In this document: in pieces, positions 1 to 9,655 of the stretch
Numbering within the stretch: position 1 is the first letter of the stretch
Layout: each line of letters starts with the position of its first letter
Assembly: GCA_020851375.1 (NCBI GenBank)
Contig: JADZCV010000048.1
Span: 14,092 to 78,091, forward strand
DNA: 64,000 nt
Direction: 5' to 3'
DNA from: Nitrospirota bacterium
GTDB taxonomy: Bacteria > Nitrospirota > 9FT-COMBO-42-15 > HDB-SIOI813
The notes under the pieces: generated by a model
Seen by the model: the letters and a program-made list of their open reading frames with translations, nothing else
Told to the model about the DNA's origin: nothing
Database searches by the model: none
Made by a program: the position numbers and the translations under genes

Positions 1-631
1 CATGAATAAGGGCTGCCTGCTCAAGACTCAGTATCTTATCATGCTGAAAACATGCCTTTTCAGCAAGGAATGCAGAAAATCTTGCAACCCTTTCAGAGTG
101 GCCCCTCGTATACTGGTCTTTTGCGTCAATGGTTGCAAGCAACGCCTTTACCGTACTTGCATAATGACTTTCAATATTCCGTTTCGCATCCTCAACTTTT
201 TTTGATAATTCAGAAGTGGCTATGTGCAGCCTCTCTATCTCAAGCCTGGTCTTGACCTGCTCCCCCCGCCTTGCTACCCCTTTTTCCACTATTTCAATCA
301 CATCCTTGTGATCAAAGGGTTTAATAAGGTAGTCAAGTGCACCGTAACGAAGGGCATTCTTTGCAGTATCCACACTGGCATATGCCGTCATCAAAACAAC
401 TTCGGTGTCCGGCTTTGTTTCTTTGATCTTTTTCAGAAGCTGCAATCCATCCATGCCGGCCATCTTGATATCTATGATCGCCACATAGAAGTCTTTTTTG
501 CCGAGGCAATCCAGGGCCAGTTCACCATTTTCAACTGTCGTTACTTCATGTTTATTCTTCAGAATCATGCGGAGAGCTTCCCGTGGTCCCACCATATCAT
601 CAACCACGAGGATGTTGCATTTATTCTCCAT
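1..631 (-). CDS. Response regulator with an N-terminal receiver domain followed by an HD-GYP phosphodiesterase domain. Partial: the C-terminus lies beyond the window start.
   Basis: The reverse-strand translation begins MENKCNILVVDDMVGPREALRMILKNKHEVTTVENGELALDCLGKKDFYVAIIDIKMAGMDGLQLLKKIKETKPDTEV, which is a CheY-like REC domain with the phospho-acceptor Asp in IIDIKMAGMDG. It continues ...IDAKDQYTRGHSERVA, the start of an HD domain. The start codon (CAT on the + strand at 629-631) abuts the stop of the upstream histidine kinase. Confidence 0.75.
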   Translation of the reverse strand, partial: MENKCNILVVDDMVGPREALRMILKNKHEVTTVENGELALDCLGKKDFYVAIIDIKMAGMDGLQLLKKIKETKPDTEVVLMTAYASVDTAKNALRYGALDYLIKPFDHKDVIEIVEKGVARRGEQVKTRLEIERLHIATSELSKKVEDAKRNIESHYASTVKALLATIDAKDQYTRGHSERVARFSAFLAEKACFQHDKILSLEQAALIH

Positions 632-2359
632 TCAATCCTCCTGTTTAGCGTCTTGCAGGTTTGAAGGAAGGATGACAGTCAGTGTAGTACCCTGATTGAG
701 CACGCTGCTGACAGTGATTTTTCCTCCGTGTCCTTCAATGATCTTCCTGCTCAATGGAAGTCCCAGCCCCACACCCTTCTCCGGGGTCGTATAAAAGGGA
801 TCAAAAATCCTGTCAATGTCTTCCTGAGGTATTCCTTTACCTGTGTCTTTGATTGAAACAGAACAAGTTTCATCTTCCGGGGTCTGTTCGACATCTATTG
901 TCAGTGTCCCGCCTGATGTCATTGCGCTCAATGAATTCTGTATAAGATGAGAAAAGGCCTTTCCCAACTGCACCTTGTCTGCCCGAAGAATAATTGTGTC
1001 ACGCTTGTAGTTTCTTAAGATGCGAAATTCAGACTGCTTAACATTCCTGGTGACGGCCAAAATACTGTCATCAAGTACCTTGCCAATATCCACCAAGTTA
1101 AATTTATACTCTATAGGATGAGTAAATGCAATCAATTTTTCTACGAGGCTGTTTAATTTTTCCACCTCTCCTGTTACAGTAGTATAGAAAAAATCTTTAA
1201 ACTCAGGATCATTGTACCGTTCTTTCATCAATTGAGTGAATGTCCTGATAGAGACAAGCGGATTTCTCAGCTCGTGAGACATCCTCCCGACCAATTCGTT
1301 AAATATCAGGGAGTCCTCATCAGTCTTCTTTTCTGATACCACTTCCCTCTTTTCAGATTCCATCTGTTCAAGAATCTTCTGAATATATTCCTTCTGTTCA
1401 CAGATACTCTGGTAGTGATATATGTCACGAATCGCCTTTCCAAGATAAGTAGCAAGTATGAATATCCGCTCCAGTTCCGGATTATTAAAAGGAATACCTG
1501 TAATCTTATTGTCAAGATTCAATATACCGGTAAGTTTGCCCTCATTTATTACCGGAATAGTGACTGCAGAATGCAGCATCTTCATCTCCCTTAATGCACT
1601 GCTCAGAATAGTCTGCTGTTCCGCACTTTCATGGTCTGCGGAGTTCCTCTTCAATATCCTGCCGCTCGCAGAGAGCCACAGGACAATGGAACTTCCGGAA
1701 GAAAGATAAAGCCTTGAAACAAAATCAGGAGAGAGCCCCCTTGAACACCTGATCCTGTAAATTCCGTCTTTCTGATCTGACAGGAGTATTGAAGCACGGC
1801 CCACTGCCGTAGTATCCATCAGGGTGTCGAGAAACATATTAAGCATCCTGTCGAGGTCAAAGTTGTTTAGAGTAAAGGTCTTTGACAGCTCTATAGCCTT
1901 CTCAAGATGTCTGAATGAAAGGTAAACAGTGTCTGCCTGAAGCTGATACTGTGAACGTATCTCAGGGTCGGGATATCTCATGCCCCCGACTTCATCATAT
2001 ATGCTATGCCTCTCTTTTACCCTTCTCAGGGTAGCCCTGATTCCTGAGTGCGACAGAGGCGTATAAATTATATCGTCAAATCCAGTATTATATTTGTCCT
2101 TTTCATCCTCAGATATACTAAATGGGACAATGCCTATCAAACGGGTGGCTTCCCTGCATGACCTTAACCTTCCCATATCCTCATCAATCATGTCTGATAT
2201 AGTCACATCAATTGCTACGCTTACAATATGCTCTTCCTGAAGAAGGACCAGACCCTTTTTAAGGCTGTCTGCCGTCATTATAATATATTCATCTGCAAGC
2301 GATGACTTAAAGCTGTTGACCATCTCTGCGGATGATGTTATGAGTAATAGCAGTTCCAT
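632..2359 (-). CDS. Sensor histidine kinase with a degenerate receiver-like N-terminus, a GAF domain, and HisKA plus HATPase_c domains.
   Basis: 575-aa ORF. It contains the H-box MSHELRNPL, a G-box GKGIPQEDIDRIFDPFYTT and GVGLGLPLSRKIIEGHGGKI. The GAF-like region lies between. Confidence 0.8.
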   Translation of the reverse strand: MELLLLITSSAEMVNSFKSSLADEYIIMTADSLKKGLVLLQEEHIVSVAIDVTISDMIDEDMGRLRSCREATRLIGIVPFSISEDEKDKYNTGFDDIIYTPLSHSGIRATLRRVKERHSIYDEVGGMRYPDPEIRSQYQLQADTVYLSFRHLEKAIELSKTFTLNNFDLDRMLNMFLDTLMDTTAVGRASILLSDQKDGIYRIRCSRGLSPDFVSRLYLSSGSSIVLWLSASGRILKRNSADHESAEQQTILSSALREMKMLHSAVTIPVINEGKLTGILNLDNKITGIPFNNPELERIFILATYLGKAIRDIYHYQSICEQKEYIQKILEQMESEKREVVSEKKTDEDSLIFNELVGRMSHELRNPLVSIRTFTQLMKERYNDPEFKDFFYTTVTGEVEKLNSLVEKLIAFTHPIEYKFNLVDIGKVLDDSILAVTRNVKQSEFRILRNYKRDTIILRADKVQLGKAFSHLIQNSLSAMTSGGTLTIDVEQTPEDETCSVSIKDTGKGIPQEDIDRIFDPFYTTPEKGVGLGLPLSRKIIEGHGGKITVSSVLNQGTTLTVILPSNLQDAKQED

Positions 2360-2371
2360 GATGAATGACTC

Positions 2372-3547
2372 CTAAGTTGCATTACTTGCCGGAAGTTCAA
2401 CTGTAACTGTCGTCCCCTGTTTATAAGCGCTGTCTAAGGATATCTTTCCTCCGTGATTTGACACCATCCTCTTGCAGATAGACAGACCAAGGCCTGTTCC
2501 TTTGCCTTTTGTCGTAAAGAAGGGTTCAAATACATGCTGCATATTTTCTTTCTCAATGCCACTGCCCGTATCTGATATCTTTACTATAAGTTTTTTAATT
2601 TTATCACTGTCTGCCCCGATGTTGAAACCTACAGTTATTCTCCCCCCGGTCTGCATAGCCTCATGGCTGTTCAGAAAGATGTTGAGGAAAAGCTGTTTTA
2701 ATTGAGCCCTGTCACCATAAATCGCAGGAATATCTGAAAGGTAATTCCTCGAAACCAAAATGCCGCACTCATCAAACCGTGCAGAAAGCAGGGCTATTAC
2801 CTCATCAATCAAACCCTGTATGTCAACGCTGGTAAAATCGGGTTCAGATGATTTTGCAAAATCGAGCAGGTCTGATACGATATTTCCTATCCTGTCTATC
2901 TCGCTAATGGCAATATTCGTAAACCGGAATCTGAACTCCTCGTCATCATACCTCTCAGGCAGGAGCTGAGCCAGCGTCTTTATCGAAACAAGTGGATTCT
3001 TGATCTCATGGGCAAGTCCGGCTGCAACATAGCCGAGCGATGCAAGCCTCTCTGCCTCTTCTTTTTTTAAAACAACATCTTCATGATGTCTCTTCAACCC
3101 TTCCACTTCTTTCAGGATATTCAACCTCGATAGGACAGACGAGAGGATAATTGACAGCAGTGAAAAGACCCTCGTGTTTTCATCGCTGTGAAACAACAGC
3201 GCCGCATGGATTGAACCGTCAATATTGACCGGAACAATAGTGTTTACTGTCCTGCGTAATTCGAGCGGGAGCAGACAGGAGAGTTCCTGATTAATCTTAA
3301 AAGTTCTCTCCCTGAAGGTATCCATTATCAGGTCAGATGGTATGTGTATGTCATGGTAGGTCTCATTAATCTTCCATTTGCCTTCCCCGGCCTGCCTGAT
3401 AATGCAGCCTGATGTGGTCTTTGAAACAGTCATGCAGAGGGTAAGAGCGCTTTTAAGAATCTCGTCTTCCGTCTCCAGTGATATAAACCCTTCAATGCCA
3501 TCACTCAGTATTATAAGCAGTTCATCACTGTTCCTATAAACTTCCAA
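2372..3547 (-). CDS. GAF-domain sensor histidine kinase
   Basis: 391-aa ORF. It contains the H-box LAHEIKNPL, HATPase motifs DTGSGIEKENMQHVFEPFFTTK and GTGLGLSICKRMVSNHGGKISL, and an N-terminal GAF-like region. Confidence 0.8.
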   Translation of the reverse strand: MEVYRNSDELLIILSDGIEGFISLETEDEILKSALTLCMTVSKTTSGCIIRQAGEGKWKINETYHDIHIPSDLIMDTFRERTFKINQELSCLLPLELRRTVNTIVPVNIDGSIHAALLFHSDENTRVFSLLSIILSSVLSRLNILKEVEGLKRHHEDVVLKKEEAERLASLGYVAAGLAHEIKNPLVSIKTLAQLLPERYDDEEFRFRFTNIAISEIDRIGNIVSDLLDFAKSSEPDFTSVDIQGLIDEVIALLSARFDECGILVSRNYLSDIPAIYGDRAQLKQLFLNIFLNSHEAMQTGGRITVGFNIGADSDKIKKLIVKISDTGSGIEKENMQHVFEPFFTTKGKGTGLGLSICKRMVSNHGGKISLDSAYKQGTTVTVELPASNAT

Positions 3548-5552
3548 AGATCACCACCTTGTTTTTTCCCTGACTCTTTGCCCTGTACAGGGCCCTGTCA
3601 GCGTTATTGATAAGCTCTTCTGCCGCAGAGGCATCGTCTGGAAAAGATGCAATTCCGAGACTTACAGTAATATTCAATGTTGTGCCGGTATCTTTTGCGA
3701 GGCATACGGTCCCTTCAATCTCGGCCCGGATACGTTCAGCAATAATACCTGCGTCATTTTTGTCTGTCGTTGGAAGGATAATTGCGAATTCTTCTCCTCC
3801 ATACCTTGCTGCAATGTCAATTATCCTAACACATCTCCTTATAACACTGGTAGTGGTCTTTAAAATTTCATCTCCGTATAAATGTCCATAGGTATCATTG
3901 AGGTTCTTAAAATTATCTATGTCAAGTATAATAAGTGAAAACGGTTGTCTGTGACGTTTGGAACGCTCCATTTCCTCTGCTATCCTCTCTTCAAAATATC
4001 TCCTGTTAAGGAGGCTTGTAAGCGGATCAGTTATGGATATCTTGCGCAGGTCAATGGCGCTCTGATAATAGACCCTGCGCTCAATTGCAACTGCCGAATA
4101 GAGGGCTATTGCCTCAAGAAGTTTGATATCATTTTCTGAAAAGAAGGTTCCATCTTTCTTATCAGCCAGATTTAACACGCCTATGCTCTTATTCCTTATC
4201 TTAAGCGGGAGGCTTATAAATGACTTTGTCCTGTAGCGGACCCGGTTGGGCCTCGAGACCCTGTTGTCCGCTTCCACGTTACTTACAACCATCGGCATCC
4301 CTGTTTCCAATACGCTTCCTGCTATTCCCTCCCCGGGTCTTATCCTGATGTGACTGAGAATTGCAAGGTTCAGGCCCAGTGTTGATTTTACTTCAATCTC
4401 ATGTGCCTCCTCATTCAGCAGCATTATTGAACCCTGCTCTGCACCAACAACCTCCGCAGACTTTTCCACTATATTGCTAAAGAGGTCGCTGGAATCTATG
4501 CATGAGGCGATGGCATACAGGGCGTGAAGTGATGCCAGAACCCTGTTTTCCATGTCAGCACGGGCCGCTGCAAGGATGTGATTGCCCATCACCGTTGCGA
4601 TGCACTGGCAAAATATTTTGAGAAGTTCTTCATCGGCCTGCGATATCTTCGTATTGAATATTACTATCAGGCCATCTACCCTGTTGCCGATGCTGACCGG
4701 AAATATTTTAACCGAGGTAAAGACACTCGGGAAACCTGCCTTTAGAATTTCAAATACCTCTGTTGACTCCGCTGTATCTTTCCTTATTAAAACGTCATTA
4801 ATCATACTGTCAGACTCACTTATGCGAAATCCTGAGAGAGAGTCTTTTGCGTATCCGAATGCGGCTTTTGACGAAAAGTTATCACTGCTGTTTTCTCTTA
4901 TCAGCAACATGGCGGTTCTTGCATTGAATAACACGCCAATAGAATCAAGCACAGTATCGTAAAACACCTTTTCATCCGCCATGATTCCCGGGGAAGTTGC
5001 AATTCTGATTATAGTATTGATACGGGACATGTCATTTTCCATATCCCTCTTGACGCTGTCACCCTGCAGCAGGTGATCAACTACTGTTTTCAGGGCATCT
5101 GCAGAAGATTTGAATGCTTCTCTGTTTTTTGTGGAAACCCCTCTGACAGCTTCAGAGATGCGGTTATCATCAATCCCAAGCTTTTCAGCAACACTCCTGT
5201 AAGCAACCAGGTCATCATATGAGGTTAATATTCTTCCCCCAAGTATGAAACGCGTACCACTATTCCCGGTATTGGGTAAAACAGGGATGGCAACACTATT
5301 CAGGTGGGCATAACACTTGAAATATACAGGTTCTTGTCTTTTGTTGGCCTGTGCAAGGGGCGCGGTACAATCCCTCTCACAGAATAATCTTCCGTTACTA
5401 TCTTCCTGCAGCAACCTGCATAATCTGAACTCATCACTTTGCCCGGCCTTATACCTAACCTCGTTACAGCAGACTAATGTAAAATCTGCAAGTCTTGCAA
5501 GAATGCCCGTCCACTCAGATGTCAATTCCCTGATGAAGTTATTATTGTCCAT
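3534..5552 (-). CDS. Diguanylate cyclase (GGDEF) with a Cys-rich N-terminal sensory domain and tandem GAF domains
   Basis: 672-aa ORF. The C-terminus reads RYGGEEFAIILP with the GGEEF active-site motif, preceded by ITDPLTSLLNRRYFEE. It is the first gene of a four-gene operon on the − strand. Confidence 0.85.
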   Translation of the reverse strand: MDNNNFIRELTSEWTGILARLADFTLVCCNEVRYKAGQSDEFRLCRLLQEDSNGRLFCERDCTAPLAQANKRQEPVYFKCYAHLNSVAIPVLPNTGNSGTRFILGGRILTSYDDLVAYRSVAEKLGIDDNRISEAVRGVSTKNREAFKSSADALKTVVDHLLQGDSVKRDMENDMSRINTIIRIATSPGIMADEKVFYDTVLDSIGVLFNARTAMLLIRENSSDNFSSKAAFGYAKDSLSGFRISESDSMINDVLIRKDTAESTEVFEILKAGFPSVFTSVKIFPVSIGNRVDGLIVIFNTKISQADEELLKIFCQCIATVMGNHILAAARADMENRVLASLHALYAIASCIDSSDLFSNIVEKSAEVVGAEQGSIMLLNEEAHEIEVKSTLGLNLAILSHIRIRPGEGIAGSVLETGMPMVVSNVEADNRVSRPNRVRYRTKSFISLPLKIRNKSIGVLNLADKKDGTFFSENDIKLLEAIALYSAVAIERRVYYQSAIDLRKISITDPLTSLLNRRYFEERIAEEMERSKRHRQPFSLIILDIDNFKNLNDTYGHLYGDEILKTTTSVIRRCVRIIDIAARYGGEEFAIILPTTDKNDAGIIAERIRAEIEGTVCLAKDTGTTLNITVSLGIASFPDDASAAEELINNADRALYRAKSQGKNKVVIFGSL

Positions 5553-5703
5553 TTTTCCCGTTTTAAAATTGCAGAAATATTATCAGAACAATGCCATGTT
5601 TTCTACCCCATTAAAAGATCCTAATTAATATAATATGTAGCAAAAATAGTGCCATAATTTTGACGCAGTCGTCTTAGTTGACATTTAATTGTTAAATGGC
5701 TTA

Positions 5704-5785
5704 CATTAAATGGGGACAGCGACTATTTATTTTGCAGATGACTACTAGGTTAAGACAAATAAATAGTCGCTGTCCCCATTTAATG
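5704..5785. promoter_or_regulatory. Perfect 26-bp inverted repeat (long stem-loop or palindromic operator) immediately upstream of the hemE Shine-Dalgarno sequence
   Basis: The left arm ttaaatggggacagcgactatttatt (5705-5730) is exactly complementary to the right arm aataaatagtcgctgtccccatttaa (5758-5783). The loop is about 27 nt. TTGACA at 5678-5683 is a possible -35 element. The SD GGAGG is at 5787-5791. Confidence 0.5.
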
Positions 5786-5799
5786 CCGGAGGATGTCTG

Positions 5800-6840
5800 A
5801 TGTTAAAAAATGATAGTTTCCTGAAGGCCTGCCGAAGGGAGCCGGTTGATTTCACCCCTGTCTGGATTATGAGGCAGGCAGGCCGCTATATGAAGGAATA
5901 CCGAGACATAAGAAAGAAGGTTGATTTTCTCACAATGTGTAAGTCCCCTGAACTTGCTGCTGAGGTTACCATGCTGCCCGTAGATATACTCGGCGTGGAT
6001 GCCGCCATACTATTTTCTGACATTCTCATACCTGTAGAGGCAATGGGTATAGGGGTCACGTTCACAGAAAAGAGGGGACCTGTCCTGTCTAATCCGGTAA
6101 GGTCAGACAATGAGCTTAAGGCCCTTCGGGTACCGGATAATGTGAAATCAAAGGAACTGATGCCTTTTATCCCACAGGCAATAAAACTCATACTTCAGGA
6201 GCTTGGCGGACGTGTACCTTTGATAGGTTTCTCAGGGTCACCCTTTACCCTCGCAACATATATAATTGAAGGAGAGACCTCAAGGAACTTTACATGGATT
6301 AAACGCATGATGTATGAAAATCCGTCACTCTTGCACAAGCTACTCGATAAAATAACCTCTGCAGTCATAAGCTACCTTAACATGCAAATCAATGCCGGGG
6401 TTCACGCAGTCCAGTTGTTCGATACCTGGGCAGGCTGGCTCGCCCCTGATGACTACAGGGAGTTTGCCCTCCCTTATGCAGAACGGGTGATACGCGGGAT
6501 TGACAGGAAGGGGGTCCCTTTAATCTATTTTGCAAATGGTGTAAGCGGGATACTGGAATATATGGTCAACTCAGGAGCTGATGTTGTCGGCCTTGACTGG
6601 CGGATAGATATGGCAGATGCTGTAAGAAGAAGCAACAGGAGGGTAGCACTGCAGGGCAATTTAGACCCCTGTGTACTTTACGGACCGCCGGCTGTTATAA
6701 GAAAGTATACAAAGACCATCATTGAAAAATATGGAGAGGAACCAGGCCACATCTTTAACCTTGGACATGGAATCCTCCCTGATATTCCCGTAGATCATGC
6801 TAAGGCATTGGTTGACATAGTCCACGAACTGAGTAGTTAA
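5800..6840 (+). CDS. hemE: Uroporphyrinogen decarboxylase
   Basis: 346-aa ORF beginning MLKNDSFLKACRREPVDFTPVWIMRQAGRYMKEYR, the canonical HemE N-terminus. SD GGAGG lies 8 nt upstream. Confidence 0.93.
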   Translation: MLKNDSFLKACRREPVDFTPVWIMRQAGRYMKEYRDIRKKVDFLTMCKSPELAAEVTMLPVDILGVDAAILFSDILIPVEAMGIGVTFTEKRGPVLSNPVRSDNELKALRVPDNVKSKELMPFIPQAIKLILQELGGRVPLIGFSGSPFTLATYIIEGETSRNFTWIKRMMYENPSLLHKLLDKITSAVISYLNMQINAGVHAVQLFDTWAGWLAPDDYREFALPYAERVIRGIDRKGVPLIYFANGVSGILEYMVNSGADVVGLDWRIDMADAVRRSNRRVALQGNLDPCVLYGPPAVIRKYTKTIIEKYGEEPGHIFNLGHGILPDIPVDHAKALVDIVHELSS

Positions 6841-6858
6841 CGCTTAAAAAGGCAGGAA

Positions 6859-6987
6859 GATGAAAATCCCCCTTAGTCCCCCTTTTCCAAAGGGGGAAAG
6901 TAATTCTTCTCTGTGTAAAAGGGGGAAATTAGTTCCCCCCTTTAGTAAAGGGGGGATAGGGGGGATTTGAACGGAGATTTTCGAGTG
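6859..6987 (+). repeat. Family-A structured repeat (copy A1): G5/C5 multi-hairpin element ending in SD plus GTG
   Basis: aaaatccccc ttagt ccccc ttttccaaa ggggg ... cccccc tttagtaaa gggggg atag gggggatttgaacGGAGAttttcgaGTG. The outer arms are aaatccccc and gggggattt. Similar copies occur at six other loci. Confidence 0.8.
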
Positions 6988-8370
6988 AAGACAGAAATTA
7001 CCATAGATATTAACACCCTCCTTAAATATGACAAGGCCGGCCCGCGTTATACGAGTTATCCCACAGCCCCTGTCTGGAATGAGAAGTTCGGTCCTGAGCA
7101 GTTCAGGGAGAAGATTATTGAAACTAACAGGGCAGATAGCAGTGCACCTTTGTCATTATATTTTCACATCCCATTCTGCTATTCACTCTGTTTTTATTGT
7201 GGCTGCAACTCAATTATCACAAGGAAGAAGGGGCATGCAGGTGAGTATATCTCATATCTGAAAAAGGAGATGGAAAACATATCCCGCCTTGTCAAAAGAA
7301 ACAGGCAAGTGGTCCAGTTGCACTGGGGCGGGGGCAGCCCTGACTTTCTCAGTCCATCTGAGATGGAAGAATTGTACGGATATATAAAAGATAATTTTAC
7401 GATCGCTGTTGGTGCAGAGGCAGGGGTTGAACTTGATCCGCGTGAGACGACATTTGAGCACGTGCAGACCTTGAAAAGACTTGGGTTCAACCGCATCAGT
7501 ATGGGCATCCAGGACCTAAATCCACGGGTCCAGGAGGCTGTAAACAGGGTCCAGAGCGAAGAGACATCAGGAAGACTTGTCAACTGGTGCAGGGATCTTG
7601 GATTTGAGAGTATAAATGTAGACCTGATTTATGGGCTTCCATTTCAGACCGCAGATTCATTTAAGGAGACGGTTGACCGTATCATCGCCATCAATCCTGA
7701 AAGGATAGCAGTGTTCAATTATGCGCATGTACCCTGGATGAAGAAGCATCAGAAGATGATACATGAGGAAGACCTTCCAAAAGGGAGGGAAAAGCTTGAG
7801 ATACTCAAGATGGTCATTGAGAAATTCACAGGCGCAGGATATGTCTATATTGGTATGGACCATTTTGCAAAGCCGGATGATGAACTCTGCATCGCACAAA
7901 GAGAGAAGACCCTGTACAGGAATTTTCAGGGCTACACAACAAAGGCCGGCTGCGACCTCTATGGATTTGGCATGACCTCCATAAGCATGGTCGGCAACTG
8001 CTATGCCCAGAACCTGAAGGCGCTTAATGATTATTACGCTGCTGTAAGTGCCGGCAGGCTGGCAACTCACAGGGGCTATGAGCTGACAGATGATGATATC
8101 CTGAGGAGACATATTATTACGAGGCTGATGTGTGACTTCGAACTTGTCAAACATGAGGTTGAGTCAAAATACAACATATCCTTTGATGACTATTTCAGCG
8201 ATGCCTTAAAGAGGCTCGTGGCATTTCAGGATGACGGCTTGTTAAAACTTCAGCCTGACAGGATAGAGATCTCAGACTCAGGCCGCATACTTGTCAGGAA
8301 TATCGCAATGGTATTCGATGCTTATCTGAACGCCCCTGGCAGAGAGATGAAATTTTCGCGAACAATATGA
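6985..8370 (+). CDS. hemN: Oxygen-independent coproporphyrinogen III oxidase (radical SAM)
   Basis: Contains the radical-SAM Cys motif HIPFCYSLCFYCGC and the N-terminal KYDKAGPRYTSYPTAP characteristic of HemN. The ORF track starts at a TTG at 6967 inside the repeat. A GTG at 6985 with GGAGA 7 nt upstream is the more plausible start. Confidence 0.88.
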   Translation: MKTEITIDINTLLKYDKAGPRYTSYPTAPVWNEKFGPEQFREKIIETNRADSSAPLSLYFHIPFCYSLCFYCGCNSIITRKKGHAGEYISYLKKEMENISRLVKRNRQVVQLHWGGGSPDFLSPSEMEELYGYIKDNFTIAVGAEAGVELDPRETTFEHVQTLKRLGFNRISMGIQDLNPRVQEAVNRVQSEETSGRLVNWCRDLGFESINVDLIYGLPFQTADSFKETVDRIIAINPERIAVFNYAHVPWMKKHQKMIHEEDLPKGREKLEILKMVIEKFTGAGYVYIGMDHFAKPDDELCIAQREKTLYRNFQGYTTKAGCDLYGFGMTSISMVGNCYAQNLKALNDYYAAVSAGRLATHRGYELTDDDILRRHIITRLMCDFELVKHEVESKYNISFDDYFSDALKRLVAFQDDGLLKLQPDRIEISDSGRILVRNIAMVFDAYLNAPGREMKFSRTI

Positions 8371-9371
8371 CAGACGGCAAATCTACCACAGCAGTCCTTC
8401 TGATAAATATGGGCGGTCCTGATTCCCTGGATGCTGTTGAGCCCTTCCTTTATAATCTTTTTTCTGATTCAGACATAATGGGCTTTAACAGGGTATTACT
8501 CCCGGTTTTAAAACCACTTGCAAGGCTTATTGCACGCAGCAGGGCCCCAAAGGTAAAGAAATATTACAGCGCCATAGGTGGAAAATCACCTATAGTAAAA
8601 CTTACCATGCAGCAGGCAAAGGCCCTTGAAGAGTCACTTCAGAAACAGGGCAATATCTGGGTCTTTGTCTCCATGAGATACTGCCGCCCGACTATAGAAG
8701 ATGCAGTTAAGGACATGCTCGAGTTTCCATTGACCAAGCTTATAATCCTGCCGCTGTATCCCCACTACTCGGTTACGACAACAGGTTCGGCATTCAATGA
8801 GTTCAAGCGGATCCTGAAGGGGATAGGCACTCCTACAATCGAAATCCGTTATATAAATGACTGGCACGATAACCCATCGTACATTGATGCAGTGTGTGAA
8901 ACGATACAGGATACCGCCTCGCTGCACCACCTTGATATTCATAAGACTCCGGTTGTATTCAGCGCACACGGGTTACCCATGAAATTTATCAGGCGCGGCG
9001 ACCCGTATGCCAAGCAGGTGGAAAAGAGCGTTGAGCTGATCGCCGGCAGGCTCGGGAACCTGAAGGATTATCACCTGTCATATCAGAGTCGCGTGGGACC
9101 GTTGAGATGGCTCGGGCCGTCAACTGACGATGTCCTGAGACAGATCGGAAGTAAGGGGGCAAAAAACGTTATGTTAGTGCCGATCAGCTTTGTATCCGAG
9201 CATGTAGAAACCCTTTACGAGATGGATATCCTCTACAAAGAAAAGGCAGGAGAATACGGAATCACAAACTTCTACAGGGCCCCTGCACTAAACGATTCGC
9301 CTCTTCTGATTGATGCATTGAAGGAAATGGTAATTACAGCATGTATTCCCCCTTCTAATCCATTCTTCTGA
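8367..9371 (+). CDS. hemH: Ferrochelatase
   Basis: 334-aa ORF beginning MTDGKSTTAVLLINMGGPDSLDAVEPFLYNLFSD, the typical ferrochelatase N-terminus. Its start overlaps the hemN stop. Confidence 0.9.
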   Translation: MTDGKSTTAVLLINMGGPDSLDAVEPFLYNLFSDSDIMGFNRVLLPVLKPLARLIARSRAPKVKKYYSAIGGKSPIVKLTMQQAKALEESLQKQGNIWVFVSMRYCRPTIEDAVKDMLEFPLTKLIILPLYPHYSVTTTGSAFNEFKRILKGIGTPTIEIRYINDWHDNPSYIDAVCETIQDTASLHHLDIHKTPVVFSAHGLPMKFIRRGDPYAKQVEKSVELIAGRLGNLKDYHLSYQSRVGPLRWLGPSTDDVLRQIGSKGAKNVMLVPISFVSEHVETLYEMDILYKEKAGEYGITNFYRAPALNDSPLLIDALKEMVITACIPPSNPFF

Positions 9372-9397
9372 TTAAAAAAGCCGGGGGTCACAGAGGT

Positions 9398-9468
9398 AGA
9401 TGAAAATCCCCCTTAGTCCCCCTTTACCAAAGGGGGAAAGGGGGGATTTGAACGGAGAATTTCAGGTG
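9398..9468 (+). repeat. Family-A repeat (short copy A2)
   Basis: gatgaaaatcccccttagtccccctttaccaaagggggaaaggggggatttgaacggagaatttcaggtg, directly fused to a family-B module. Confidence 0.8.
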
Positions 9469-9655
9469 AACCGTCATGAGCCCTTCGACTGTTCGGCACG
9501 CTCACAGCTCGGGGCTCACCAGGGTTCATGAAAACGTCATTCCCGCGCAAGCGGGAATCCAGACCGCGGCCTGGTTCTGGATTCCCACTCCCAGCTTAAG
9601 TCATGCGGGGACAGGTTCCGTGGGAATGACGGGTATTTAGGAGTATTTTCGAATG
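9456..9655 (+). repeat. Family-B structured repeat (copy B1, one unit) ending in AGGAG plus the ATG start of hemY
   Basis: ...cgtcattcccgcgcaagcgggaatccagaccgcggcctggttctggattcccactcc...gggaatgacgggtatttAGGAGtattttcgaATG. It is the reverse complement of the 25.2-kb array unit. Confidence 0.8.

Noticed and set aside
6967-6984. ORF-track starts MNGDFRVK (hemN) and MNGEFQVK (export protein at 59968) located inside repeat A
   Set aside because: These are TTG codons within the repeat, 7-10 nt after no SD. The in-frame GTG 18 nt downstream is preceded by GGAGA at ideal spacing, and for the export protein it gives a proper signal peptide (VKKSVPALL...).
9456-9655. ATTCCC-N8-GGGAAT hairpins resembling the Neisseria dRS3 repeat, which might indicate a Neisseria-related genome or phage att sites
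   Set aside because: The gene content (hemN, queG, fhs, cytochrome c assembly, HepT/MntA, polysaccharide export) and the absence of the Neisseria uptake sequence argue against Neisseria. The motif similarity is most likely convergent, and no integrase or phage genes are adjacent.
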